Positions 43,606 through 53,552 of a DNA stretch of 64,000 bases are shown here, piece by piece. Source of the DNA: an uncultured Clostridia bacterium. GTDB lineage: Bacteria; Bacillota; Clostridia; TANB77; CAG-508. The notes below the pieces were generated by a model. It ran no database searches. It was not told where the DNA came from and was given only the letters and a program-made list of their open reading frames with translations. Both the position numbers and the translations under genes were made by a program. The DNA lies in contig CAKOVK010000004.1 in NCBI GenBank assembly GCA_934121925.1, forward strand, positions 1,899 through 65,898, read 5' to 3'. The stretch's first letter is position 1, and every line of letters begins with the position of its first letter.

Positions 43606-44208
43606 ATGAAAATAATATATGGAAGTAGCAATAAAGCAAAATTAGAAGAAATAAAAAATTTTTTTGATAATAATAATATAAATGTAGAAGTAATTTCTTT
43701 AAAAGACATAAATTTTAATGAAGAAATAGATGAAAATGGAACAACTTTTGAAGAAAATTCTCTAATAAAAGCAAAAGCAATAAAAGAATTTTGCAGTAAA
43801 AACAATATAAATGAAACAATAATAACAGATGATGCTGGACTATGTGTAGATGCTTTAGATGGAAGACCTGGAGTACATAGTGCCAGATATGCAGGAGACC
43901 ATGCACCACAAGAAGCATCTATAAACAAACTTTTAACAGAATTAAAAGGAATACCAATGGATAAAAGAACAGCTAAATTCGTTTGTGTATTAACATCAAT
44001 ACTTAAAGATGGAACAAAAATAGTAGCAAGGGGAGAAACAAAAGGAAAAATAGCAATTAAACCAGGACCTATGGGAAAACTTACATATGGACCTGTATTT
44101 ATGCCAGATGAATTTCATGGAAAAGTTATGAATGAATTAAGTGCAAATGAACTAAAACATACACACAGAGAAAAAGCATTAATAGAATTACTAAAAAATT
44201 TAAAATAA
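43606..44208 (+). CDS. rdgB: non-canonical purine NTP pyrophosphatase (XTP/dITPase, Ham1 family)
   Basis: TFEENSLIKA, DDAGLCVDALDGRPGVHSARYAG and FMPDE motifs. Confidence 0.92.
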   Translation: MKIIYGSSNKAKLEEIKNFFDNNNINVEVISLKDINFNEEIDENGTTFEENSLIKAKAIKEFCSKNNINETIITDDAGLCVDALDGRPGVHSARYAGDHAPQEASINKLLTELKGIPMDKRTAKFVCVLTSILKDGTKIVARGETKGKIAIKPGPMGKLTYGPVFMPDEFHGKVMNELSANELKHTHREKALIELLKNLK

Positions 44209-44220
44209 AAGGAGCATATT

Positions 44221-45369
44221 ATGAAAATAACATTTTATTCAAATTTTCTTACACATCATCAAATTCCATTTTGCTTAGAAATGTATAAAAAATATGGTGA
44301 AGATTTTAAGTTTGTATCTATGGAAAAAATAAATCAAGAAAGAATTTCCTTAGGATATAAAGATATGGATAATGACTATCCATTTGTATTAAAAGTATAT
44401 GAAAGCAAAGAAGAATATGATAAAGCTACAAAATTAGCAGTAGATAGTGACATAGTTATAGCAGGTTCTACGCCAACAGATGACTATATAAAAGAGAGAC
44501 TAAAACAAGATAAAATTACATTTAGATACTATGCAAGAATTTTTTATAATGGAGTACTTAGTATATTTGATTTTGAAAATTCTAAAAAAGTATATGATAG
44601 GCATCTAAAATATAAAAAGAACAAAAACCTATATTTATTATGTGCAAGTAGTTATGGACCAAATGATTTCAATGAATTAGGAATGTATAAAAATAAATGC
44701 TTTAAATGGGGATACTTTCCAGAAACGAAAATATATAACATAGAAGAATTGCTAAAGCAAAAAGAAAATAAAAAAATAGAAATTATTTGGGTAGGAAGAT
44801 TTATAAAAGAAAAACATCCAGAATGTGTAGTAAAGTTAGCTCAAAAATTAAAAGAAGACAACCTTGAGTTTGAAATTAAAATGATAGGTAATGGAGAGCT
44901 ATTTGACAAGACTAAAATGCAAATTGAAAAAAATAGATTAACTAATCAAATAAAATTGATAGGAGCAGTAAAATCGGACAAAGTAAGAGAATATATGGAG
45001 AAAGCAAATATATTTATTTGCACAAGTGATAAGAGCGAAAGATGGGGAGTTGTTTTAAACGAAGCTATGAATAGTGGTTGTGCAGTAATTGCATATAAAG
45101 GAATAGGAGGAGTTCCATTTTTAATTAAAAACAACGAAAATGGATTAGCATATACAAAATTTGAAGATTTTTATGAGAAAACTATAGAAGTAATAAAAAA
45201 CAAAGAATTGAGAGAAAAACTATCTATAAATGCTTATAAAACAATAACAGAAACGTGGACTGCTAAAGTTGCAGTACAAAATTTTGAAAAATTAATAAAT
45301 TCCATAGTTAAAGGAAAACCAAATCCAGTAAAAGAAGGACCAGCAAGCACCGCACAACCAGTTAAGTAA
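44221..45369 (+). CDS. glycosyltransferase, GT-B fold (family 4/1)
   Basis: 382 aa. The C-terminal E-x7-E region is not clear (SERWGVVLNEAMNSGCAVIA). Confidence 0.7.
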   Translation: MKITFYSNFLTHHQIPFCLEMYKKYGEDFKFVSMEKINQERISLGYKDMDNDYPFVLKVYESKEEYDKATKLAVDSDIVIAGSTPTDDYIKERLKQDKITFRYYARIFYNGVLSIFDFENSKKVYDRHLKYKKNKNLYLLCASSYGPNDFNELGMYKNKCFKWGYFPETKIYNIEELLKQKENKKIEIIWVGRFIKEKHPECVVKLAQKLKEDNLEFEIKMIGNGELFDKTKMQIEKNRLTNQIKLIGAVKSDKVREYMEKANIFICTSDKSERWGVVLNEAMNSGCAVIAYKGIGGVPFLIKNNENGLAYTKFEDFYEKTIEVIKNKELREKLSINAYKTITETWTAKVAVQNFEKLINSIVKGKPNPVKEGPASTAQPVK

Positions 45370-45490
45370 AGAATTTTAAATAACTAGTTGATTCTAAAAT
45401 ACAATTTGTGGTAAAATGCCATTGTAATACTATATTCAAATTTTAACAAATGGACTATAATTATAAAATTTATAATATATGGAGGAAAAA

Positions 45491-46654
45491 ATGAAAGAGA
45501 AAGTTAAAACAAAATTTGAAGAGTTATTTGGAAACAAAGGAGAAATTAAAGAATATTTTGCACCAGGAAGAGTGAATTTAATTGGAGAACACACAGATTA
45601 TAATGGAGGACACGTATTCCCTTGTGCATTAACAATGGGAACTTATGCAGTCGCAAGAAAAAGAAATGATAACAAGTTAAGACTATATTCAATGAACTTT
45701 GAAAAAATAGGAGTGTTAGAATCTACAATAGATGATTTGAAATATAATCCTAAAGAGGATTGGATTAACTATCCTAAGTCAATGATTTGGGCAATGAAAA
45801 ATGATGGCTTTAATATAGACAAAGGATTTGATATAGTATATTATGGAACTATTCCAAACAGTTCAGGACTTTCATCTTCTGCTTCAATAGAAGTACTAAC
45901 AGGATTTGTTTTAAAAGATATGTTTAATTTAGATGTAGATATGACAAAGATTGCATTGCTAGGACAAAAGGCAGAGAATAAATACATAGGTGTAAACTGC
46001 GGAATAATGGATCAATTTATAATTGCAAATGGAAAAAAAGATTGTGCGATATTCTTAGATACGGCAAATTTAGAATATGAATATGCACCAGTAAAATTGG
46101 AAAATGCAAAAATAGTAATAATGAATACAAATAAAAAAAGAGGACTAGGAGATTCTAAATATAATGAAAGAAGAGCAGAATGTGAAGAAGCTTTAAAAGA
46201 ATTACAACAAAAACTAAATATAAAATCATTAGGAGAACTTACAGAAGAAGAGTTTGAAGCAAATAAAGATTTAATAAAGAGTGAAACAAGACAAAAAAGA
46301 GCAAAACATGCTGTATATGAAAATCAAAGAACAATAAAAGCAGTAAAAGCATTAAAAGAAAATAAGATAGATTTACTTGGAAAATTAATGATAGCTTCAC
46401 ACAATTCTTTAAGAGATGATTATGAAGTTACAGGGAAAGAACTAGATACTTTAGTAGAAGAAAGCTTAAATCAAGAAGGAGTAATAGGAGCAAGAATGAC
46501 AGGAGCAGGTTTCGGAGGATGTGCAGTAAGTATAGTAAAATCAGACAAAGTAGATGATTTTATAAAAAATGTAGGAAAAGAATATAAAGAAAAAATTGGT
46601 TATGAAGCAGACTTTTATGCAGTAGAAATAGGAAATGGGCCAACAATATTATAA
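45491..46654 (+). CDS. galK: galactokinase
   Basis: GRVNLIGEHTDYNGG and GLSSSAS (GHMP) motifs. ATG 45491 after GGAGG. Confidence 0.93.
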   Translation: MKEKVKTKFEELFGNKGEIKEYFAPGRVNLIGEHTDYNGGHVFPCALTMGTYAVARKRNDNKLRLYSMNFEKIGVLESTIDDLKYNPKEDWINYPKSMIWAMKNDGFNIDKGFDIVYYGTIPNSSGLSSSASIEVLTGFVLKDMFNLDVDMTKIALLGQKAENKYIGVNCGIMDQFIIANGKKDCAIFLDTANLEYEYAPVKLENAKIVIMNTNKKRGLGDSKYNERRAECEEALKELQQKLNIKSLGELTEEEFEANKDLIKSETRQKRAKHAVYENQRTIKAVKALKENKIDLLGKLMIASHNSLRDDYEVTGKELDTLVEESLNQEGVIGARMTGAGFGGCAVSIVKSDKVDDFIKNVGKEYKEKIGYEADFYAVEIGNGPTIL

Positions 46655-46670
46655 AAAATAATAGTGCATA

Positions 46671-46689
46671 GGGCGAACAAAGTTCGCCC
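46671..46689 (+). terminator. hairpin GGGCGAAC-AAA-GTTCGCCC after galK
   Basis: Perfect 8-bp GC-rich stem with a weak T tract. Shows that the track start 46664 for the next ORF is spurious. Confidence 0.6.
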
Positions 46690-46717
46690 ATTATTCATTG
46701 TAAGAGAAGGGATACAT

Positions 46718-47527
46718 ATGAGTATTATAGGAGTAGATTTAGGAAGCACAATGACAAAAGTAGTGCAAATAAAAAATAACAACTTAACAAATAAAGGAAT
46801 ATATTCTGAAAAAAACGTAGAAAAAGTAATAGAAAAATTCATTAATGATAACAATATAGATTTAACAGAAATAGAAGAGTTTGTAACAACAGGAGTAGGA
46901 GCATCAAAAATCAAAAAGAATATTTACAATAAGCCAACAAAAATAGTAAATGAGTTTGAAGCTATTGCAAACTGTGTAGACAAAAATTGCCTAATAGCAA
47001 GCATAGGAACAGGAACAGCTTTTATTCTAAAAAATGGAGAGAATGCCGTTCATTTAGGAGGAAGTGGATTAGGCGGAGGAACTCTAATAAATTTAGCAAA
47101 AGAATTAGCAAATATTGATGATTTTAACAATATAAAAGAATTAATATTAAAGGGAAATTTGAATAGTGTAGATTTAAGATTAAAAGATATAACTCAAGAG
47201 AAACTTTCTAATTTAAGTATGGATACGACTGTTTCTAATTTTGGAAAAATAGAACCAAATGCAAACGAATCAGATATGATTAAAGGAATACTAAATATGA
47301 TAATGGAATCTATTGCAGTTATGTGTGCAATGGCTTTGAAAAATACAAAAATAAAAGAGGTTGTTGTAATAGGAACAATAACAACATTACCTCTAATAAA
47401 AGATATACTAAAAAGAGTGTCAGCTTTACATGATGTGAGTTTTGAAATTCCTGAAAATTCGCAATTTTTAACGGCAGTAGGTGCAGTAAGAAAAGAATTT
47501 ATCTCTCTTGAGAATTATCAGATTTAG
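46718..47527 (+). CDS. coaW: type II pantothenate kinase (CoaW-like, ASKHA fold)
   Basis: IGVDLGSTMTKVV phosphate-1 motif, IGTGTAF, GGSGLGGGT. ATG 46718 after GAAGGGA. Confidence 0.65.
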   Translation: MSIIGVDLGSTMTKVVQIKNNNLTNKGIYSEKNVEKVIEKFINDNNIDLTEIEEFVTTGVGASKIKKNIYNKPTKIVNEFEAIANCVDKNCLIASIGTGTAFILKNGENAVHLGGSGLGGGTLINLAKELANIDDFNNIKELILKGNLNSVDLRLKDITQEKLSNLSMDTTVSNFGKIEPNANESDMIKGILNMIMESIAVMCAMALKNTKIKEVVVIGTITTLPLIKDILKRVSALHDVSFEIPENSQFLTAVGAVRKEFISLENYQI

Positions 47528-48071
47528 GCTCAAATTTACCGGAGTCTAATATTTTTTGAACTTCAGGAGAAATAGTTGGTGGAAATTTTGAATCTCTAAT
47601 ATCTTTTAATACCTTTAAATCTCTTTCTAAGAATTCAGGACAATTCTTTTTGAAAATATGTGAAAGCTTTAACATTTCTAGTTTATCAATAAATAAATAT
47701 AAAGATTCTTTACCAAGTTTTTGAGCAATAAAAATAATGTCACCATTAGAAAGCTTAGAAAGTTTGTCTTCACTTAATGTATTAAAGAAGTACTCAGTGT
47801 CTAAAGTATTCAATGTTTGAAAATTATTTAGTCTCTCTCTTAACATTACTAAATTATTCTTTAATTTGTTAAACTCATTTTGCCTATTTTTTCCGTATGC
47901 AGCTAATATCTTTTCTCTTTCGGTAGTACCAGGTGAAAATGACCTATTATTAAAACTTAATATTTTTTCTTCTATATATCTTTCTAAGTCAAATAAATAG
48001 CAAAAATCAGATTCATTATAAATTATATCTTTAAAATTATCGTTAAATATTATTTCATCAAAATTCTTCAT
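47499..48071 (-). CDS. hypothetical protein (190 aa)
   Basis: Clean - strand ORF with SD (GGAGCGG context). Its 3' end overlaps the coaW 3' end by 29 nt. No family recognised. Confidence 0.55.
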   Translation of the reverse strand: MKNFDEIIFNDNFKDIIYNESDFCYLFDLERYIEEKILSFNNRSFSPGTTEREKILAAYGKNRQNEFNKLKNNLVMLRERLNNFQTLNTLDTEYFFNTLSEDKLSKLSNGDIIFIAQKLGKESLYLFIDKLEMLKLSHIFKKNCPEFLERDLKVLKDIRDSKFPPTISPEVQKILDSGKFEPKSDNSQER

Positions 48072-48147
48072 AGAACCGCTCCTTATATAAATATAATATA
48101 ATTATAACATTAATAATAAAAAAATCAAATTTTTATTCAAAAAAAGT

Positions 48148-48176
48148 TTGACAAAGACAGTTTTTTAATAGATAAT
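48148..48176 (+). promoter_or_regulatory. sigma-A promoter (TTGACA-17-GATAAT)
   Basis: TTGACA 48148-53 and GATAAT 48171-76, upstream of the phosphorylase gene. Confidence 0.6.
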
Positions 48177-48233
48177 TATTATTGTTATATACTAGAGAAA
48201 TTTTTAGAAAAATACGAAGGAGGTACATTATAA

Positions 48234-50795
48234 ATGTACGTATTTAATAAGATAATGGTAAATCCACAATTACCAAAGAAGATAGACAAACTATCTAAAA
48301 TAGCAAATAATTTATGGTGGTCTTGGAACACAGAATTTTTAAAGCTATTCAAAAAAATAGATATAGATTTATGGGAAAAGTGTGGTAAAAATCCTGTTAA
48401 ATTTTTAAAATTAGTGGACCAAGAAAAATTAGAAAGCATAGCAGAAGACTATGAATTTATAAAAGAATATAATAAAAATGCTAACAATTTTGAATCTTAC
48501 ATGGAAAGCAAAAATACATGGTTTAATAAAAATTATCCAGAAAACAAAAGTGACCTAATAGCATATTTTTCAGCAGAATATGGGTTAGATGAGATTTTAC
48601 CAATATACTCTGGTGGACTTGGAATGTTATCTGGTGACCATTTAAAATCAGCAAGCGATTTAGGTATCCCATTAGTAGCAGTTGGGCTATTGTATAAAAA
48701 TGGGTATTTCCATCAAAAAATAAATGCTGCAGGGGGACAAGAATCTGAATATCATGATATAGAATTAGAAAATTTGCCTATAATTCCAGTAAAAAAAGAA
48801 ACAGATGAAAATTTAATAATATCAGTAAAAATGCCAAATGGAAGACTTTACTTAAAAGTATGGAAAATTCAAGTAGGAAGAGTAAATTTATATTTATTAG
48901 ATTCGGATATAGAAGAAAATACAGATGAATATAGAGATGTAACACTAAGACTATATGGTGGAGACCAGGAAATGAGAATTAGACAAGAAATAGTTCTAGG
49001 AATAGGCGGAGTAACACTACTAAAAGAACTAGGACTTAACCCTACTATTTACCATATGAACGAAGGACATTCTTCTTTCTTAGTACTAGAACTAATTAAA
49101 GACATAATGGAAGAGAAAAAAGTATCTTTTAACATAGCAAAAGATATAGTAACAGCAAAAACAGTATTTACAACGCATACGCCAGTTCCAGCAGGAAATG
49201 ATATATTCCCAACAACATTAGTAGAAAAATATTTTAAAGATTTTTGGGTTCCTTTAGGAATTTCAAAAGAAGAATTTATGAAATTAGGAATGAAACCTAA
49301 AGAAGAAAATAAAACAACATTCAATATGGGAATTTTAGCATTAAAAATAGCTGGAAAGAAAAATGGAGTAAGTAAACTTCATGGAGCGGTTTCTAGAGAA
49401 TTGTTTGGAGAAGTATGGCCAGAAATTGCACCAAACGAATCTCCAATTACATATGTAACAAACGGAATACACACGTGTACATGGCTTGCACCAACTCTTA
49501 AACAACTTTATAATAAATATTTAACTCCATATTGGCAAGATAAAATACATTTGAATGAAACTTGGGAAAAAATAAATAATATTCCAGATGAAGAACTTTG
49601 GAAAGAACATACACTAAGAAAAGAAAGATTATTTAAACTTGTAAATGAGAATGTAACGAATAGGTTAAGAAATAATGGAATGCATTATGATCAAATAAGA
49701 GAAATAACATCAAAACTAAATCCAAATGCATTAACAATAGGATTTGCAAGAAGATTTGCAACATATAAAAGGGCTACATTAATATTTAAAGACTTAGAAA
49801 GAATTACACAAATATTAAATGATGAATCAAAACCTGTTCAATTAATATTTGCAGGGAAAGCACATCCAAAAGATATAGAAGGCCAAAATTTAATTAAGAG
49901 AATACATGAAATATCTATGATGCCTCAATTTAAAGGAAGAATATTCTTACTTGAGGGATACAATATGGAAATTTCAAGACATTTAATTTCTGGTGTCGAT
50001 GTATGGCTTAATAATCCAAGAAGACCAATGGAAGCTTCTGGAACTAGTGGTGAAAAAGCTTCTGTAAATGGAGTTGTTAACTTCAGTATACTAGATGGAT
50101 GGTGGGCAGAAGGCTACAACCAAAAAAATGGTTGGGCAATAGGAACAAACGCAGAATACTACTCATATGAAGAACAAGATACAGCAGATAGTGAAAGTAT
50201 TTATAATATATTAGAAAATAAAATAATACCTGCATATTATAATAAAGAAAATGGAATATCAAAAGAATGGCTTACATTAATGAAAAACTCTATTATCTCT
50301 ACTGGAGGAAATTATAGTACGGCTAGAATGCTTGTGGATTATACAAACAAGTTATATATGCCATTATGTAATTTGACTAATAAATATTTTAAGAATTTAG
50401 ATTTAGTTACAGAATATAACAAAATAAAAAATGGCTTATATGCAAATTGGGAAGACATTGTAATAGAGCAAAACAATAACTTAGATAATATATCAATGGA
50501 TGCAGGAAAGAATATAGATGTGTCATGTATGGTAAAACTTCCTAATATAAATGTAGAGAACATAGAAGCACAAGTATATTATGGAAAGATATTAGATAAT
50601 GGAACAATAGAAAATATAAGTATAATACCAATGAATTTAGTAAAAAGTGATAAAGAAAATAAAACATATACTTATACTGCTAAAATAGAATTAAAAACTG
50701 GTGGAAACTATGGATATACATTTAGGGTAATGCCAAAACATGAAATGTTATTAGATAGTGCTAATTTGAATCTAGTAAAATGGATAACAAAATAG
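48234..50795 (+). CDS. glgP: alpha-glucan (glycogen/maltodextrin) phosphorylase, GT35, alpha-glucan family
   Basis: 853 aa. N-terminal DUF3417-like region and the PLP-lysine region EASGTSGEKA. Confidence 0.88.
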   Translation: MYVFNKIMVNPQLPKKIDKLSKIANNLWWSWNTEFLKLFKKIDIDLWEKCGKNPVKFLKLVDQEKLESIAEDYEFIKEYNKNANNFESYMESKNTWFNKNYPENKSDLIAYFSAEYGLDEILPIYSGGLGMLSGDHLKSASDLGIPLVAVGLLYKNGYFHQKINAAGGQESEYHDIELENLPIIPVKKETDENLIISVKMPNGRLYLKVWKIQVGRVNLYLLDSDIEENTDEYRDVTLRLYGGDQEMRIRQEIVLGIGGVTLLKELGLNPTIYHMNEGHSSFLVLELIKDIMEEKKVSFNIAKDIVTAKTVFTTHTPVPAGNDIFPTTLVEKYFKDFWVPLGISKEEFMKLGMKPKEENKTTFNMGILALKIAGKKNGVSKLHGAVSRELFGEVWPEIAPNESPITYVTNGIHTCTWLAPTLKQLYNKYLTPYWQDKIHLNETWEKINNIPDEELWKEHTLRKERLFKLVNENVTNRLRNNGMHYDQIREITSKLNPNALTIGFARRFATYKRATLIFKDLERITQILNDESKPVQLIFAGKAHPKDIEGQNLIKRIHEISMMPQFKGRIFLLEGYNMEISRHLISGVDVWLNNPRRPMEASGTSGEKASVNGVVNFSILDGWWAEGYNQKNGWAIGTNAEYYSYEEQDTADSESIYNILENKIIPAYYNKENGISKEWLTLMKNSIISTGGNYSTARMLVDYTNKLYMPLCNLTNKYFKNLDLVTEYNKIKNGLYANWEDIVIEQNNNLDNISMDAGKNIDVSCMVKLPNINVENIEAQVYYGKILDNGTIENISIIPMNLVKSDKENKTYTYTAKIELKTGGNYGYTFRVMPKHEMLLDSANLNLVKWITK

Positions 50796-50913
50796 ATTTT
50801 GAAGTGCTAAGTGTGGTGTGAGAATAGTGAATCTTGGGGTAATAACCTTAAAATCCCAACTCCAATCTCACACATTTTATTATAAAATTACAATTATAAG
50901 GAAGGAATTTATT

Positions 50914-52356
50914 ATGAGAAAAACAAAAATAGTGTGTACTCTAGGACCTGCAACAGATGATCCAGAAGTGTTAAAACAATTGATGCATGCAGGAATGAAT
51001 GTGGGAAGAATAAACTTTTCTCACGGAAATTATCAAGATCAAGAAGAAAGAATAAATGTATTCAAATGGATTAGAGGAGAATTAGGATTACCAATCCCTT
51101 TACTTTTAGATACACAAGGACCAGAAATAAGAATAGGTAAATTTAAAGATGATAAAAAAGTTCTATTAGAAAAAGGAGCTACTTTTACATTACTAAACTC
51201 AGAAGAGTTAGGAGATGAAACAAAGGTATCTATAACATATAAAGAACTATATAAAGATGTAGATATAGGCAAAACAATACTTATAAATGATGGAACAATA
51301 GAACTAAAAGTAAAAGAAATAGTAGATAAAGATATAATTTGTGAAGTCATTCAAGGCGGATACTTAACAAACAGAAAAAGTATTAATGTTCCAGATTTAA
51401 TTTTAAACTTGCCAAGTATAACAGAAAAAGATATTGCAGATATAAAATATGGCATAACAGCAGGATTTGACTACATTGCAGCATCATTTGTAAGAAAACC
51501 AGAAGATGTACTTGCAATAAAAGAAGTTTTAAAGCAAAATAATGGAGAGCATATAAAGGTTATTTCAAAAATTGAAAATAGAGAAGGAATAAACAATTTC
51601 GATAAAATACTAAAAGTATCAGATGGAATAATGGTAGCAAGAGGCGACCTGGGCGTAGAAATACCTATGGAAGAAGTTCCAATATACCAAAAGCAATTTA
51701 TTAAAAAAACATATAAGCAAGGTAAACCAGTAATAACAGCAACACAAATGTTAGAAAGTATGATAACAAATTCAAAACCAACAAGAGCAGAAGTTAGTGA
51801 TATTGCAAATGCAATATATGATGGAAGTAGCGCAATAATGCTATCTGGAGAAACAGCAACAGGAAACTATCCAATAGAATGCGTAAAAACTATGGATAGA
51901 GTAGCAATAACAATAGAAAAATCATTAAAATACTGGAAAAGATTTAAAAACAGAGAATATGACTTGGAAAAATTAGACTATAAGTTTAATATGAATTATT
52001 CTGTTTGTACTTTAGCATCAAACATAGAACCTAAAGCAATAATTGCATACACAAATACAGGAGATACATCAAGAATGTTATCTAGTTTTGGCCCAGAATG
52101 TCCAATATTTGCAATTACAGAAAATGAAACAACATATAGGCAACTGGGGGCAGCTTGGAATATAATACCTAAATTATTCCCACATCAAGAAAGCATAGAC
52201 AAATTGGTTTATTTAGGAATAAATACTCTAAAGAAAGAAGGATTTTTACAAAAAGGAGACAGAGTAGTAATTGCAGGAGGCGCAAAAGTTGTTACAGATT
52301 TATCTGATGCAGAAGCAGATATAAATACTGTAATGGGAGGAATTGTAATAATATAG
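50914..52356 (+). CDS. pyk: pyruvate kinase
   Basis: ATG 50914 after AAGGAAGGA. MRKTKIVCTLGPA, MVARGDLGVEIP and MLSGETA motifs. Confidence 0.95.
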   Translation: MRKTKIVCTLGPATDDPEVLKQLMHAGMNVGRINFSHGNYQDQEERINVFKWIRGELGLPIPLLLDTQGPEIRIGKFKDDKKVLLEKGATFTLLNSEELGDETKVSITYKELYKDVDIGKTILINDGTIELKVKEIVDKDIICEVIQGGYLTNRKSINVPDLILNLPSITEKDIADIKYGITAGFDYIAASFVRKPEDVLAIKEVLKQNNGEHIKVISKIENREGINNFDKILKVSDGIMVARGDLGVEIPMEEVPIYQKQFIKKTYKQGKPVITATQMLESMITNSKPTRAEVSDIANAIYDGSSAIMLSGETATGNYPIECVKTMDRVAITIEKSLKYWKRFKNREYDLEKLDYKFNMNYSVCTLASNIEPKAIIAYTNTGDTSRMLSSFGPECPIFAITENETTYRQLGAAWNIIPKLFPHQESIDKLVYLGINTLKKEGFLQKGDRVVIAGGAKVVTDLSDAEADINTVMGGIVII

Positions 52357-52421
52357 GCTAAATAACAAAGTGGATTAAGTAGCACATATAAAAAAAGAGG
52401 TACTAAAAAGGAGACAAAATA

Positions 52422-53378
52422 ATGAAAAAAGTTTTAAAAATTGTAGGAATAGTTTTACTACTAATAATATTAACATTAGTCATAGCAGCATTAATATACG
52501 GTAAAAGCTTACTAAACAAGATTAACTATGAAGATGTAACAAGAGATCAAATAGAGATAAATGAGGGAGTTGAAGAATATTTATCCGAATATAGAAATAT
52601 AGCTATATTAGGATTGGATGCACGAGACAATACTTTTTCAAACAGCAGAAGTGATTGCATAATAATAGTAAGTATAAATAACAACACAAAAGATGTAAAA
52701 TTTGTTTCTGTTTATAGAGACACTTATTTGCAAATAGATGGATACGGTTTAGATAAAATAACACATGCATACGCATACAATAAAGCTCCACTTGCAATAA
52801 GCTCAATAAACAAAAATCTAGATTTAGATATAACAGAATATGTAACAATAAACTTTGACTCAGTTACAAGTATAGTAGATGCAATAGGAGGAATACAAAT
52901 AACAGTAACAGATGCAGAAGCAAAAAACATACCAGGTTTAACAACTGGCGGTACATATAACTTAACAGGAGCACAGGCTTTAGCATATGGAAGAATAAGA
53001 AAAATAGACAGCGATTATGCAAGAACAGAAAGAATGAGAAATGTATTGGAAAAAGTATTTGAAAAAGCTAAAAAAATGGATGTAGCTAAATTAAATAGTT
53101 TAGTAAATGAACTATTACCGAAGGTTTCTACAAATATAACACAAAATGAAATTGTAAAAATGATACCAAAAATAAAAGATTACAATGTGGTTTCAAGTAT
53201 AGGTTGGCCATATGAAGTAAGAGGAATAACAACAGATAGATGGTATGCAGTACCAGTAACATTGGAACAAAATGTAAAAAAACTACATGAAGATTTATTT
53301 GGCGAAAGTGATTATGAAGTCTCTAAAGAAGTAAAAGAAATAAGCGAGAAGATTATAAACAAAACAGGATATAGATAA
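52422..53378 (+). CDS. LytR-CpsA-Psr (LCP) family cell-wall polymer phosphotransferase
   Basis: N-terminal TM. LGLDARDN...RSDCIIIVSIN...VSVYRDTY core. Confidence 0.9.
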   Translation: MKKVLKIVGIVLLLIILTLVIAALIYGKSLLNKINYEDVTRDQIEINEGVEEYLSEYRNIAILGLDARDNTFSNSRSDCIIIVSINNNTKDVKFVSVYRDTYLQIDGYGLDKITHAYAYNKAPLAISSINKNLDLDITEYVTINFDSVTSIVDAIGGIQITVTDAEAKNIPGLTTGGTYNLTGAQALAYGRIRKIDSDYARTERMRNVLEKVFEKAKKMDVAKLNSLVNELLPKVSTNITQNEIVKMIPKIKDYNVVSSIGWPYEVRGITTDRWYAVPVTLEQNVKKLHEDLFGESDYEVSKEVKEISEKIINKTGYR

Positions 53379-53415
53379 AGCAAAAAGATGCTAGAATTTA
53401 GCATCTTTTTTGCTT
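53379..53415 (+). terminator. rho-independent terminator
   Basis: AAGCAAAAAGATGCTA-N5-TAGCATCTTTTTTGCTT. Confidence 0.85.
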
Positions 53416-53469
53416 TGAAAATGCATCTAAAAAACACAACAGATAATTTAAAAATAACATAAAAAAAAC

Positions 53470-53498
53470 TTGATTAAATAATAACTTTGTCGTAAAAT
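53470..53498 (+). promoter_or_regulatory. sigma-A promoter (TTGATT-17-TAAAAT) of the polysaccharide operon
   Basis: TTGATT 53470-75 and TAAAAT 53493-98. Confidence 0.55.
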
Positions 53499-53552
53499 AT
53501 TTATTGTAATTAAAGTACATTTTTGATACTTTATTATATGGGGGAGATACAA

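Noticed and set aside
50818-50913. 5' extensions offered by the ORF track: 50818 for pyk, 59873 for fnlC, 39711 for the membrane protein, 46664 for coaW, 2697 for the HAD gene, 12653 for cysK, 8119, 6618, 558.
   Set aside because: The extensions run through terminator hairpins or upstream gene ends and lack an SD. Internal ATG/TTG codons with well-spaced SD sequences match the conserved N-termini.
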